A DNA stretch of 64,000 nucleotides from Scenedesmus sp. PABB004. Taxonomy: Eukaryota. This document shows, in pieces, positions 1 through 15,470 of this stretch (positions within the stretch are counted from its first letter, which is position 1; every line of letters begins with the position of its first letter). The position numbers and the translations under genes are program-made. Where the stretch lies: the NCBI GenBank assembly GCA_014905635.1, contig JABVCE010000011.1:124001-188000 (forward strand), read 5' to 3'. The notes beneath the pieces are model-generated. The model was not told the origin of the DNA. It saw nothing but the letters and a program-made list of their open reading frames with translations, and searched no databases.

Positions 1-4478
<4,478 letters not shown>

Positions 4479-5280
4479 GCGCCGCGCGGCGCGTGATGAG
4501 GCGGCGCCAGGGGCGCTCGGGAGCGGCGCGCCGCGGCGCTGCGGGCGGCCGGTGCGCCTGGGGTAGGCAGTGTGTGTGTGTGTGTGCGTGTGCCCGCGCG
4601 CGCGTGGGCGCGTGCGGGGGCCCCGGCCGGGCCGGGCCTCCCTGCGCGCGCGCGCGCGTGCGCGGGCGGCGGCTGCGGCGGCGAGGCCGCGCGCGCCGCG
4701 GCCCGCCGCGCGCGTGGTGTACATTGGGCGGGGGCAGGGGCGGGCGGGCAGCAGCACAGGGGCGGCGGGGCGACCGGCCGGCGCGGGGCGGGCTCAGGCT
4801 GGCGCCAGCGCGCGCGCGGGCCGCCGCGAGGCGGCGCGCGGCGCGCGCGCGGGCCCGGCTGCGGCGCCGCCGGCCGCCGCGCGTTTAACAACCTGACTCT
4901 CCGATGCGCCGCGCTTCTGGCCCACGTGCGGCGCGTGTAGCCACCGGCAGCCCAGGCCCGGGCTGGCCCAGGCTGGCGGCGCGTCGAGCGGTGCAGGCGG
5001 CGATCAGCGCACACGGCCGCCCGCGGGCGCAGCAGCAACGATCTCGTTGGCCGCTTGGCAGCAAGGCGGCGGGCGCGCGGCGCGGTCAGCGCGCGTGCGT
5101 GGATCGTGGCGATCGGGGCGCGATATCTGACAGGCCTTTCTCCGCCACATGTGCCGGCGTGAGAAGCCGCGCGCTGTCCGCGGTCCCCCGATAGGTGCGC
5201 GGTGGAGCCCCGGCGCTTTGGGAGCAGCGTGACATGACGTGCGGCCGGCGCGGCGCGCAGTAGAGGCCGAGGCGCGAGAG

Positions 5281-7076
5281 ATGGCCGCGGCGCCGCTGCC
5301 CGCGCGGCCACCGCGGGACGGCGGCGAGCGCGAGCTGACGGAGACGGATGAGTTCCGCATGTACGTGTGCAAGGTTCTGGTCTGCTCCCGGGTGCGCCTT
5401 CCAGGCTCGCTCCCGGCGCCAGCCGCACGCGCGGCGTCACGGCGGCGCGCGGCCACCACACAGGCACAGCGCCTCGTGGGACAGCGTGCCGTGCGGGCGC
5501 TGCGCTTGCAGCCCGTCCGCAGCCGGTGACGCCCGGCGCTGCTGCCCGCCCCGCCGCCGCAGCGCTCCACGCACGACTGGGCGACGTGCCCGTACGCGCA
5601 CCCCGGGGAGCGCGTGCGCCGCCGTGATGTGCGCACGCACGCGTACGCGAGCGAGGTCTGCCCCGCGGTCGCCAGGGTGCGCGCCGCGCGCGCTGCGCCG
5701 AGCGCCGCGCCGCCGCCGCCGCCGGCGGCTGACGCGCCGCGCCGCGCCCGCGCCCCACAGGGCGGCACGTGCCCCGAGGGCGACGCGTGCGGGCTGAGCC
5801 ACAACGTGTTTGAGTACTGGCTGCACCCCAGCCGCTACCGCACCGTCATGTGCAGCGCGGGCGTCGGCTGCCGCCGGCACCTCTGCTTCTTCGCCCACAC
5901 CCGCGCCGAGCTGCGCGCGGCGCCGGAGAGCGCGCCGGCGCCGGCGTGGGCGTTCGCGAGGGCCGCCGCCCGCGCGCCAGCGCGCGCCGCGCCAGGCGAC
6001 GCGGGCGCCGCGCCTGGCGGCGCGGGCACCGCGCCCGCCGGCGACGGCGCCGGCGGCGGCGACGGCGGCGCGGGTGCGCAGGAGCCGCAGCCTGCGCCGC
6101 CGCCGCCGGCGGCGGCGGTGGCCGCGGGCGGGGCCAGCGCGCCGGAGCAGGAGCTGCTGGCGAAGCTGGTCGCAGACCTGCTGCGGCAGACGGCGGACGC
6201 CCGTTCCGAGGCCGCCGCATGCAGGGCTGAGCTGGCAGCGGTCAAGGCAGACGCCGCGGCCGCCGCCGCGGCGCAGCAGCAGCAGCAACTGGCGCAGCAG
6301 CAGCAGCAGGCGCAGGCGCAACAGACAGTGGTGCCGCTCTTTCGGCAGGCGGAGCCGGCGGGGGCCCAAGCCGGCGTGTCGTCCAGCGCGTGCCTCCCGT
6401 GTGCCGTCCCGCAGCCGGCGCGCCCGGGCGGCGCGGGCAGCGACGTGCCGCTGGCGATCGAGCGCCTGCTGAGCGAGCACTGGGCCCTGCTCTCGCTTGG
6501 CGGCAGCGCGGAGGGCCGGGGGAGCGCGGCGGGCGCCGCGCCGGGCGCGCAGGCCGCCCAGCCCGGCGCGGCGGCGCAGCAGCTCCTGTGGCTGGCCGAC
6601 CTTGACAGCGGCTCGCAGCTCGCCACCACAGTGGACAGCCCTGCCCTGCTCTGCAGCACGAGTGGCACGGCCACCAGCAGCACCAGCGCCTGCGGCTCAG
6701 CCGGCGCGCCGGCAAGAGAGCAGGCCGGCTTTCTGTCCGAGCCACTGCCGTCCTGGGCTCGCGCGGCGCACGGGTCCGGCTCCGCGCACCTGGGCTGGCT
6801 GGGAACCGGCAGCCTTTCCAGCGGCGGCGTGCGCCCGCCGGCCGGGCTGCCCAGCGCAGCCGGCGGCGGCGGCGCCCTGACCAGCCCGTCGAGTGCAAGC
6901 TGGGCGAGCAGCAGCGCCGCGGCGCTGACGGTCACGAGCCCAAGCGCGTGCAGCGGCAGCATCAGCCGGGCGAGCCCCGCCATCCCAAGCGCGGCGGCGC
7001 CTGGCGCGGCCACCTGGCAGGCGGCGGCGGCTGCCCAGCAGCAGCAGGCCCAGCTGCACGCGGCCATGCTGCTCGC

Positions 7077-7123
<47 letters not shown>

Positions 7124-7230
7124 GGGCGCAGCTGCAGGCCCACCTCGGTGCCGCCGGCAAGGGCTGGTGCCTGCTCTGCGGCGCGCCCGCGGCGCAGCCG
7201 TGCTGCGACCGCTGCGCCGCGAGGGTGTGA
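5281..7230 (+). CDS. Arginine-rich tandem CCCH zinc-finger protein (plant RR-TZF-like) with a long Ala/Gln-rich C-terminus
   Basis: Exons 5281-5391, 5563-5676 and 5761-7230 give DEFRMYVCKV..CSR/RSTHDWATCPYAHPGERVRRRD..CPEGDACGLSHNVFEYWLHPSRYRTVMC..CRRHLCFFAH, the RR-TZF signature. A poly-CAG tract lies at ~7078-7122. Confidence 0.92.
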
Positions 7231-8457
7231 GGGCGAGCGCGCGAGCACTGCATTCTGCGAGTGCTGCCTGCATTTGGGTGGGCTCTGTTGCTGCGCCTCA
7301 CGGCAGAGCATTCTTGGGAGCGGCCCGCACTGGCGACAGACTGCACTCGGGATGGTGCTGCCAACCTGCGCCGTCGCAGCAGGCCGGCTGAGGCCTTGGA
7401 CTTGAGGATGGGCTCTGTCACTGCGCCGTACGGCAACGCTCGCGCGCTGGGCCGCCGAGTGCATGCGTATGCACGCTTTGTCGTGGGCTGCGTCGTGTCC
7501 CGCCGAGGGCAGGCGCGGCTGTCGGCTGTCAAGCGTGAGTACTAGTACTGCGGCGCACTGCTGCACCACCAATCAAACGCACGCCGGGGCCTGCCTGGCA
7601 GGGCCACCACGCTGCTGCACACGAGCGCATTGACGTCCGATGACTACAACAGACGTGGCTGTGCTGCCGTCCCTGGCTTCGCTTGGTGCGCCGCCGCCGC
7701 CAACACTGTCTCACCGGCATGGCGGGGCGGGCTCTAGACTGGCTTGGCTTTCCTTTTGTATGACACTTGAGACCCCTGCTCCTTGGCGCGCGTGCCCCGG
7801 GGATGGCCACTGCAAGCGCCCACACCACAACAACCTTCAGGGCGGCCATCCCTGCGCTGCCGTGCGGCAGCGCCCCAACAAGAGGGGTAGGCTTGATTGA
7901 ACGCACGGCGCCGTGCGCGGCAGGCCGACTCTGTTGGATCCTCTTATTCTCTGCACTTGCACCTGGTCTGGGCGAGCACGCGCGATGTGGGCGGCCCGGG
8001 TTCCGTTCCCAAGAAGTGGTTGCTGCTTCTGCGCTGCTGCGCACAACGCTGTTGCTGGCAGACATTGACACACGTCCCAGCAATGTGATATCTGTCGACC
8101 CGATCAATCCAACGCGGCACCGCCCCCCCACACAACGCCGGGGCTGCCGAGCTGTCGCACACACACAGAGAATCCGGGCCTGTGGCTGTTCGGCGCCGCC
8201 GTGCGGGAGATCCGCGCCCGGCTGCTGCATTGTGTCGAACGTTGCGCAACGTGTGCGCTTGGAGCGTGTGGAGCGCGCGGCGGCGGTCAGCTGCGCCCAA
8301 CGCACGCAGCGCATCGACCGCGCGGCCCCCCATCAAGTGCTGGCAAAGGGGCGCCGCCCCCATTGTTCATTGTGCTGTGTGCGCGCGGCGCCAGCTGATG
8401 ATGCGGTGCGGGAGTTTGCTGCCTGCGAAGTTTGCAGCGACGACGCAACCGCCACGA

Positions 8458-8462
8458 TTACA
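8458..8462 (-). terminator. Candidate TGTAA polyadenylation signal of the kinase gene
   Basis: TTACA on the + strand ~165 nt downstream of the kinase stop codon. TGTAA is the established chlorophyte poly(A) signal. Confidence 0.45.
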
Positions 8463-8624
8463 GCTGCGGCCCGTGTAACCCCGCACGCAGTCGGTCCGAG
8501 GTGGCAGTCAGTCTGCCGTTGTCGCAGTCAGCCGGTCACGCACGGTGCGCGGCACAGGTTGGCGCGCCCCCACGAGCCCCCACGAGCCACCGCTCCGCAG
8601 GCCGGCGTGCCCCCCACGCGTTAT

Positions 8625-9396
8625 TCATTCCGCCTCCACCTGGGCGAGCATGTCGAGCAGCTGCTGCAGCACCTGCGCCATGCTCGGCCGCGCGCCGGCG
8701 CGCCGCGCCCAGCACGCCTCCGCGAGCGGCGCCCAGCCGGCCGGCGCGCGCGCCGCAGGCGGCAGCGACGCGCGCGCAGCCTCGTCGACCAGCGCCGGCG
8801 GCCAGGGCCCCGGGCGCAGGTCCTCCGTGACCACGCGGTGGATGATCTCGCCGTGGTGCAGCCCCGCAAACGCCGCGCAGCCCGTCACCAGCTCCCACAC
8901 TGCGCGCGGTGGCGGCGCCCGCGGCGGCGGCGGCGCGAGGCTGCGTCGGGCGGGCCCGCGCGCGCGGCCGCGGCGCTGGCGCCGCGGGGCGGTGCTGGCG
9001 ACTCGCTGCGGCGCGCTCACTCATGATGCCAAACGAATAGACGTCCACCGCGGGCGTGAGCTGCGGCCGCCGCCGCGCGCGCGGGCGGGCGAGCGGGTGG
9101 CACCAGGCTCGGCGCCCGCGCGGAGCGTCGGCGGAGCCCGCCGCGCCGTCGCGCGCCGCGGCGGCGCACCTTGCCGGCCACGAGCAGCTCGGGGGGCATC
9201 ATGTTCACGCTGCCGTGCGTGCGCGTGGACAAGTGGCTCTGCGGCCAGGCGCGGCGGGCGGAGAGGGCGGCGGCGGCCGCCGCCGCGTGAGCCGCGCGCG
9301 GGGCCTGCGTGCCGTGCGCGCCGGGCCCCGCGCGCGCACAGACCTGCCCAAACGCGAGCGAGCGGCTCAGCCCAAAGTCGGCCACCTGCGGCGGCA

Positions 9397-9428
<32 letters not shown>

Positions 9429-12400
9429 ACATGTGGGGGCGCCGACTCTGCCGGAGCGGCCGGCCGCGGCGCAGCGCGGCGCGGCGCGGCGGCGGCCCCG
9501 CAGCCCCTGACGCAGAGGGCCCTGAACCCGTCAGAGGGGCGCGCGCCTTGGCCATGACCCCGTCCGGGTCCTGCGGCTCCGCCTTGAGCAGGACGTTCTC
9601 CAGCTTCAGGTCGCCTGGGGCGGCGCGGGGTTTAGGGTTTAGACGGGGCGCCGGGCGGGCGAGGCGAGGTTCAGGGCTTTGAGCGTGCCGGCGCAGGACG
9701 GGCGCGGGCGCGGGAGCGGGAGCGAGGGACGGCGCGGGCAAGTGGGGGGCGAGGGCGCCGCGGCGCACCGTGGCACACGTTGCGCGAGTGCAGGTAGGCA
9801 CAGCCGGCCACGATGTCGGCGGCGCGGCGCAGCAGCCGCGCCTGCGCGCGTGCGCACGCGCGGCGCGGCGCGGCGGCGCGGCCGTCGGTCCGCTGTGCCG
9901 CAGGCGGGCAGGGCCGCCGGCGCCGCCGGCCCTAGGGCCGGCGCGCAGGCCTGCGCGCGTGCGTCGCCGCACCGCGTGGATGCCGCCCGCGGACGCGGTC
10001 TCGGCGTGCACGAACATCGCGCCGTGCCGCGCCGCGGCGGCAAGGTTGCCGCGCTCCATGAGGTCCATCACGATCCAGGTCTCGCTGGAAGGCGTGGAAG
10101 GCGGGCGGGCGGGCGCGGCGCGTCAGTGACACGCGCTTCAAACGCGGGCGGCGGCAGCCGGCGCGGCGCGGCGCAGCGGCGCAGCCGCACGTGTCGATCG
10201 CGGGCGCGGGCTGGCCGGTGCTGCCGCGCTGCTGGATGACCGCCCAGGTCGGGGGCAGGTCGAACACGCCGACCGCGCCGTCGGGCAGGAAGAGCCCGCT
10301 GCTGCCGACCGTGCTCGGCTCGCCCTGCGCGCGCGCGCACGCGGCGCGGGCGCGGCGGCCGGGGCGGCCGTCGGCGCGGCGCGCAGCACGGGATTCGCCG
10401 TGCGCGCCCCGCGTCGTGACGCGCGCGCGCACCAGGGTCGAGTCGGCGCCGCCCGGGTTGATGCGCAGCCGCGTGTAGTGCAGCGCGCGCACGAGGTTGG
10501 GGTGGTTGAAGCTGCGCGCACGCGACGAGCGGAGCGAGGCGGAGTCCAGGCTGGCTCTCGCGGCGCCCGCCCGAGCCGCGCAGCGTGCCGCGCGGGCCCC
10601 GCGCAGCAAGCGCCGCGCCGCTTGCCTGAGGCTGAGCGCGAGCTCCTGCCCGATGCGCGCGTCATCGGCGGAGGAGTGCGTGATGACCTTGACTGCCACC
10701 GACGCGCCGTTCCAGGTGCCTGCGCCGGCGCGCAGGCGGCGGGCGCGGCGCGGCGCGGCGGAGTGCGCTCGCGCGTCAGCGGGGCGCGGGGGCGCGGGGG
10801 ACGCGCGCGGCGCGGGCGCGCGCCAGCGGCTGCCGCCGCGGCTGCCAGGCGGGCCTGGCCTGGCCCTGGCCCGGCCCTGGCCTGGCCTGGCAGCTCGCAC
10901 CCTTGTACACGCGACCGAACGACCTGCGGCGCCGCGCCGCAGCGGTCAGTGCAGGCCCCAGGGCCGAGCCGGGGCCGCGCGGCGCTCGCCGCCGCCGCCG
11001 CCGCCCGCGGGCCACCGCAGCCGCCGCGCTCTGGCCGCCGCCGCGCGCACCCGGCGCCGAGGAGCAGGTTGAGCACGATGCCATCGGGCGAGGACTGCGC
11101 CAGCGAGGTGCCGGTGCCGGTGCTGCCGGACGGCGGCCTGCGGCGGACAGGGCGGCGGCGGCCACGTGCAGGCGGGCGCGCGAGCGTGCAGCCAGGCCCC
11201 AGGCGGCCAGCGCACGCAGCGCGCGCCGCGCACGCCGCGGCGCGCCGGACACGCACTTGCCGCCCGTGCCGTCCGAGCCGCCGGGGGAGAGGGTGTGGAT
11301 GCCCAGCAGCCGGCGGGCGGGGTCGTTGGACGAGGCGCCGCTGCCGCCGCCGCTGCCGCCGAGCCAGCGCAGCACGCCGCGGTGGCCGCCGAGCGGGTGC
11401 GGCGCCCCCGGCGCCGCGTGCTTGGCGAGCGCCGCCGCCTGCGCGGCGCGCCGGCGCCGGTGCCGAGCTGCGAGCACGCCCAGCAGCGCCGCCAGCAGCG
11501 CGGCGCCTGCGGGCGCGGCGGCGGGCGGCGGGCGGCGGGCGGCGGGCGGCGGGCGGCGGGCGGCGGGCGGCGGGCGGCGGGCGGCGGGCGGCGGGCGGCG
11601 GGCGGCGGGCGGCGGGCGGCGGGCGGCGGGCGACGGGCGGCGGGCGGCGGGCGGCGGGCGGCGGGCGGCGGGCGGCGGGCGGCGGGCGGCGGGCGGCGGG
11701 CGGCGGGCGGCGGGCGGCGGGCGGCGGCGGGCGGCGGGCGGCGGGCGGCGGGCGGCGGCGGCGGGCGGCGGGCGGCGGGCGGCGGGCGGCGGGCGGCGGG
11801 CGGCGGCGGCGGGCGGCGGGCGGCGGGCGGCGGGCGGCGGGCGGCGGGCGGCGGGCGGCGGGCGGCGGGCGGCGGGCGGCGGGCGGCGGGCGGCGGGCGG
11901 CGGGCGGCGGGCGGCGGCGGCGGGCGGCGGGCGGCGGGCGGCGGGCGGCGGGCGGCGGGCGGCGGGCGGCGGGCGGCGGGCGGCGGGCGGCGGGCGGCGG
12001 GCGGCGGGCGGCGGCGGCGGGCGGCGGCGGCGGGCGGCGGGCGGCGGGCGGCGGCGGCGGGCGGCGGGCGGCGGGCGGCGGGCGGCGGGCGGCGGGCGGC
12101 GGCGGGGCGGGGGCGGCGGGCGGCGGGCGGCGGGCGGCGGGCGGCGGGCGGGCGGCGGGCGGCGGGCGGCGGGCGGCGGGCGGCGGGCGGCGGGCGGCGG
12201 GCGGCGGGCGGCGTGAGGCCCCGGCGCCGCTGCCGCCGGCGCGGCGCGCCCCCCGCCGCTGCGCCCCGCCCCGCGGGCAGCAGCGCCGCCCACCCAGAAC
12301 GGACGCGAGCACCGCCGGCAGCACCACGCGCACGCCGTGGCTGCCGCGCCGCGCCGCGGCGGCGACGCGGTATGCGGCCGAGCCGGGCACGAGGGCGTTG

Positions 12401-13281
12401 TCGGGGTTGAGCGCAGCGTATGCGGCGGCGAGGCAGGTGCTCTGAGCCTCGGGGTCGGCCGCGCCGACGCACGCGGGGTGCGCGGCGGGGCTGACGGGCG
12501 TCGGGCAGAGCAGCGCGGAGTCGACGTAGTGGAGAGAGAAGGTCCCGGTGTAGCCCGCCGCGCCGCCGCTGCCGCTCGCCGCGGCCGCGGCGACCGCGGG
12601 CGTGCCCGCGCCGGCCGCCTCCTGCGCCGGCGTCGGCGTCGTGCCGCCGGGCGGCGCCGAGCCGGCGCCCCAGCCGGTGGGGCTGTCCCAGGCAAAGTCG
12701 GTGACGAGCAGCGCCGGCAGCGCGCACAGCGCTGTGCCCGGCCAGCTCGGGTGCACAAAGAAACGCGTGCTGGCGGGGTCGGCCAGCGTCGCCGCATACG
12801 ACGGGCCAAAGCCCGTGGTGTTGGCAAACAGGCCCAGCTCGTCCTGCCGTGCGGCAGCGCGCGGGATCGCGGCGCGCGGCGCGGTTAGTGCGCGCGTGGC
12901 GAGCGGCGCGGCGAGCGGCGCGGCGGCGCGCTGCCCCGCGCGCGCCTTGGTGAGCGTGGTGGAGCTGTAAGAGGTGCTGTTGCCCGGGCCGCCGCCGCCG
13001 GCGACGACGGCGGCGCCGCCGCCCGGCGCGGCGCCCGCGGCGCCCAGCGGCACGGTCACGTTAGTGCACCAGCGCCCCGGCGGCGCGGGCGCGAGCGCCT
13101 GCACGCCGGGCACGCCCGCGGGGCGCGCGCGGTGCGCGGAGATGCCGGCCTGGCGGTCGAGCGGGAGGCAGAGCCCCGGCGGCTGCAGCACAAAGGTGTC
13201 GTTGAAGACGACCGCCGACCCAGCCGCCATGCGCACGATGGCCACGGGCTTGTCGGTCGAGCAGTTGGCCTGGAACCGCGC

Positions 13282-13323
<42 letters not shown>

Positions 13324-15053
13324 TGGCGCGGCGGCGCGGCGGGGCTCCTGGCGCGCGGCGGCCAGCCGGCCCGGCGGGCCCCTGCCGCGCGACGCACCAG
13401 CACCATGTGATAGAGCGTGAGCGTGGTGCCGGGCTGCATCTGGATGCGGTCTGCGCGGCCGCGGCGGGGCGGCAGGCCCGGCCGTCGGCGCACGGCGCCG
13501 CGCTGTGCGCGCGGTGTGCGCTGTGCGCCGCCGCCGCACCGGAGAGCAGGTTGCAGTCAAAGGTCAGCCGCGGGCCGCGCGGGTCGCTCATGAGCGTGAC
13601 GCTGCGCGTGATGAGGCCCGGGGACTCGGTGGAGGGGCAGGTGCTCAGGTTCATACTCGCAGACTGCGCGGCGCACCGGGGGCCGAGGCAGCAGCAGCAG
13701 CGGCGTTGAGGCACCGGCGGCGGCGCCGCGCGGCGCGTCGGAGCCGGCCCGCGCGCGGCGGGCGGCGCGCGGGGCCGGCCGCGCCGCGGCGGGCGCGCCT
13801 GGAGGAGCATGATGCGGGTGACGCTCGGTGTGACGAGGCAGGCGTGCAGGGAGTAGCCGTCGACGGCGGGGCAGGGCGGGTTGGCGTCGGGGTCCACTGC
13901 CGCGTACGCGGCGGCCAGGCACGCCGCGCTGCCGTTGGCGGCGACGCAGTCGTCGGGCACGGGCGCGGGGCAGAGCACCGCGGTGTCGCGCGCGGTGAGG
14001 GTGTAGGGCTCGCCCGGCGCGCCGGCGGTGGTGTTGGCCGCCACCTCCGTCACCGCCACGTCAACGAGCAGCAGCGCGGGCGCACTGCACAGCGCCGCGC
14101 CGGCGCCGCCGTCGGGCAGGGGCGGGCGGAACGGGAACGGCGCGCCGCCGGCGGACGCCGCGGCGCTCGCGTTGGACGCCGCGCCGGCGCCGCACCAGTC
14201 GGCGCCCGCCGGCGAGGCGCGCGCGAGCTGCTGCGGCGCCGAGCGCGCGCCGGCCGGCGGCGGCGGCACGCCCGGCGCGCGCGGCGCCGCCGCGACGGCC
14301 TCGAGCGCGGCCTGCGGGCCCAGGCACACGCCGCCCTGGTCGGCCACGACGCCGCGCAGCGCCACGCGCGACCCGGACGCCTTGCGGAAGAACCCGACGG
14401 CGCTGAACGTGCGGCAGCGCCGCAGCCCGACGCCCGACAGCGTGAGCGTCACGCCCGCGCCGAGCGTGAAGCGGTCGCTCAGGTAGCCGCAGTCCAGCCA
14501 GGGCAGCAGGAGGTCTGGCGGGCGCTCCGCGGCGGCGCCGGTGGTCGCGCCGCCGGCGTCCCCGGAGCCGCCGGCCGCAGCGGCCGCGGGCGGCGGCGCG
14601 GTGATGGTGACGTTGCGGCCGATGAGCGTCGCCGCAAACTTGGGGTGCGTCGGGAAGGGGCAGCTGTCGAGGGTCATCCGCACCTGCGCGGCGCGGCGGC
14701 GCGGCGGCGGCGGCAGGGGGCGGAGCAGCGCGCGGGCGGCGGCGGCGGCGCGCGGTGGAGCGGCGGAGGCGCGGGCGCGCGGGGGCGCAACCGGGGCGAC
14801 CGCCGCTGCGCTGCGCTGCGCGGCCACAGCGCGCGGCCGGCGGCGGCTGCGGCGCGCGCCCCGGGCGCCCGAGCCCCCCGCGCACGCTCTCGGCGAGGAC
14901 GATCGTGTCCACCGCGGGCGAGGCGAGCGCGGCGTGGACCTGCATCGCCGTGCGCGCGGTGATGAGCGCGGCGCCCGCGCCGCACGACCCGGCCAGCAGC
15001 AGCGCCGCGAGGCCCGCCAGGGCCAGCGCCAGGCGCGCCCTGGGCGGCGCCAT
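8625..15053 (-). CDS. Receptor-like protein kinase: signal peptide, duplicated Cys-containing ectodomain, single TM helix, TKL-type Ser/Thr kinase domain
   Basis: Start MAPPRARLALALAGLAALLLAG (15053). TM VVLPAVLASVLG/GAALLAALLGVLAARHRRRR. Kinase motifs LGAGSFGRVYKG, VAVK, HGDLKLENVLL, DFGLSR, MPPE, DVYSFGIMMWE. Stop at 8625-8627. Confidence 0.9.
11519..12212. repeat. ~690-bp heptamer minisatellite (GGCGGGC)n with GGC interruptions, inside kinase intron 11507-12293
   Basis: Read directly from the sequence. The 7-aa periodic translation (RRAAGGG) corresponds to three 7-bp units. Confidence 0.95.
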
Positions 15054-15470
15054 CGCGATCACGCGCGGTCCGGGGCGGGCGTGGGGCAGCGGGGCCCGCG
15101 CGCCGCGCGGCGGCCGCGGATCGCTCGGGCGGCGGCGGCGCGCGCGTGGCGGCCCCGAGCGGGCGGGCCAGCGGGACTCCCGGCTCCCGGGACGCTTCTC
15201 GGGGGCGGCGGGGCCGCGCTGGTGTGGGCGCAGCGGCGGGCGGGCGGTTTTGTGGCGAAGCGCGATGAGCGCACGCGCGGTTGCCCGCAGACGGCGCGAA
15301 ACCCCATCGCCGCAGCCCCACACCGCGGCGGCGCTGCAGCCGCCGCGCGCGCGCGCTTGCCGCCGTGCTGCCCCCCCCCCCCCCCCCCCCCCACCCCCGC
15401 GCGCCCTCGGCCGCCTCCAGCTGTTGTACATCGCATCTCACGCCGCAGCGCACCCCCGCGCGAGCGCGCC

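Noticed and set aside
7529..8314. Minus-strand ORF containing the signal-peptide-like MAALKVVVVWALAVAIPG
   Set aside because: Codon usage lacks the GC3 bias of real exons here, there is no recognisable domain, and it lies in probable 3' UTR.
10138..13560. Very long ORFs (e.g. 1140 aa) running through the GGCGGGC array, and many other long overlapping ORFs
   Set aside because: Stop codons are rare at this GC content. The frames cross clear introns and translate to R/A/P/G low-complexity sequence.
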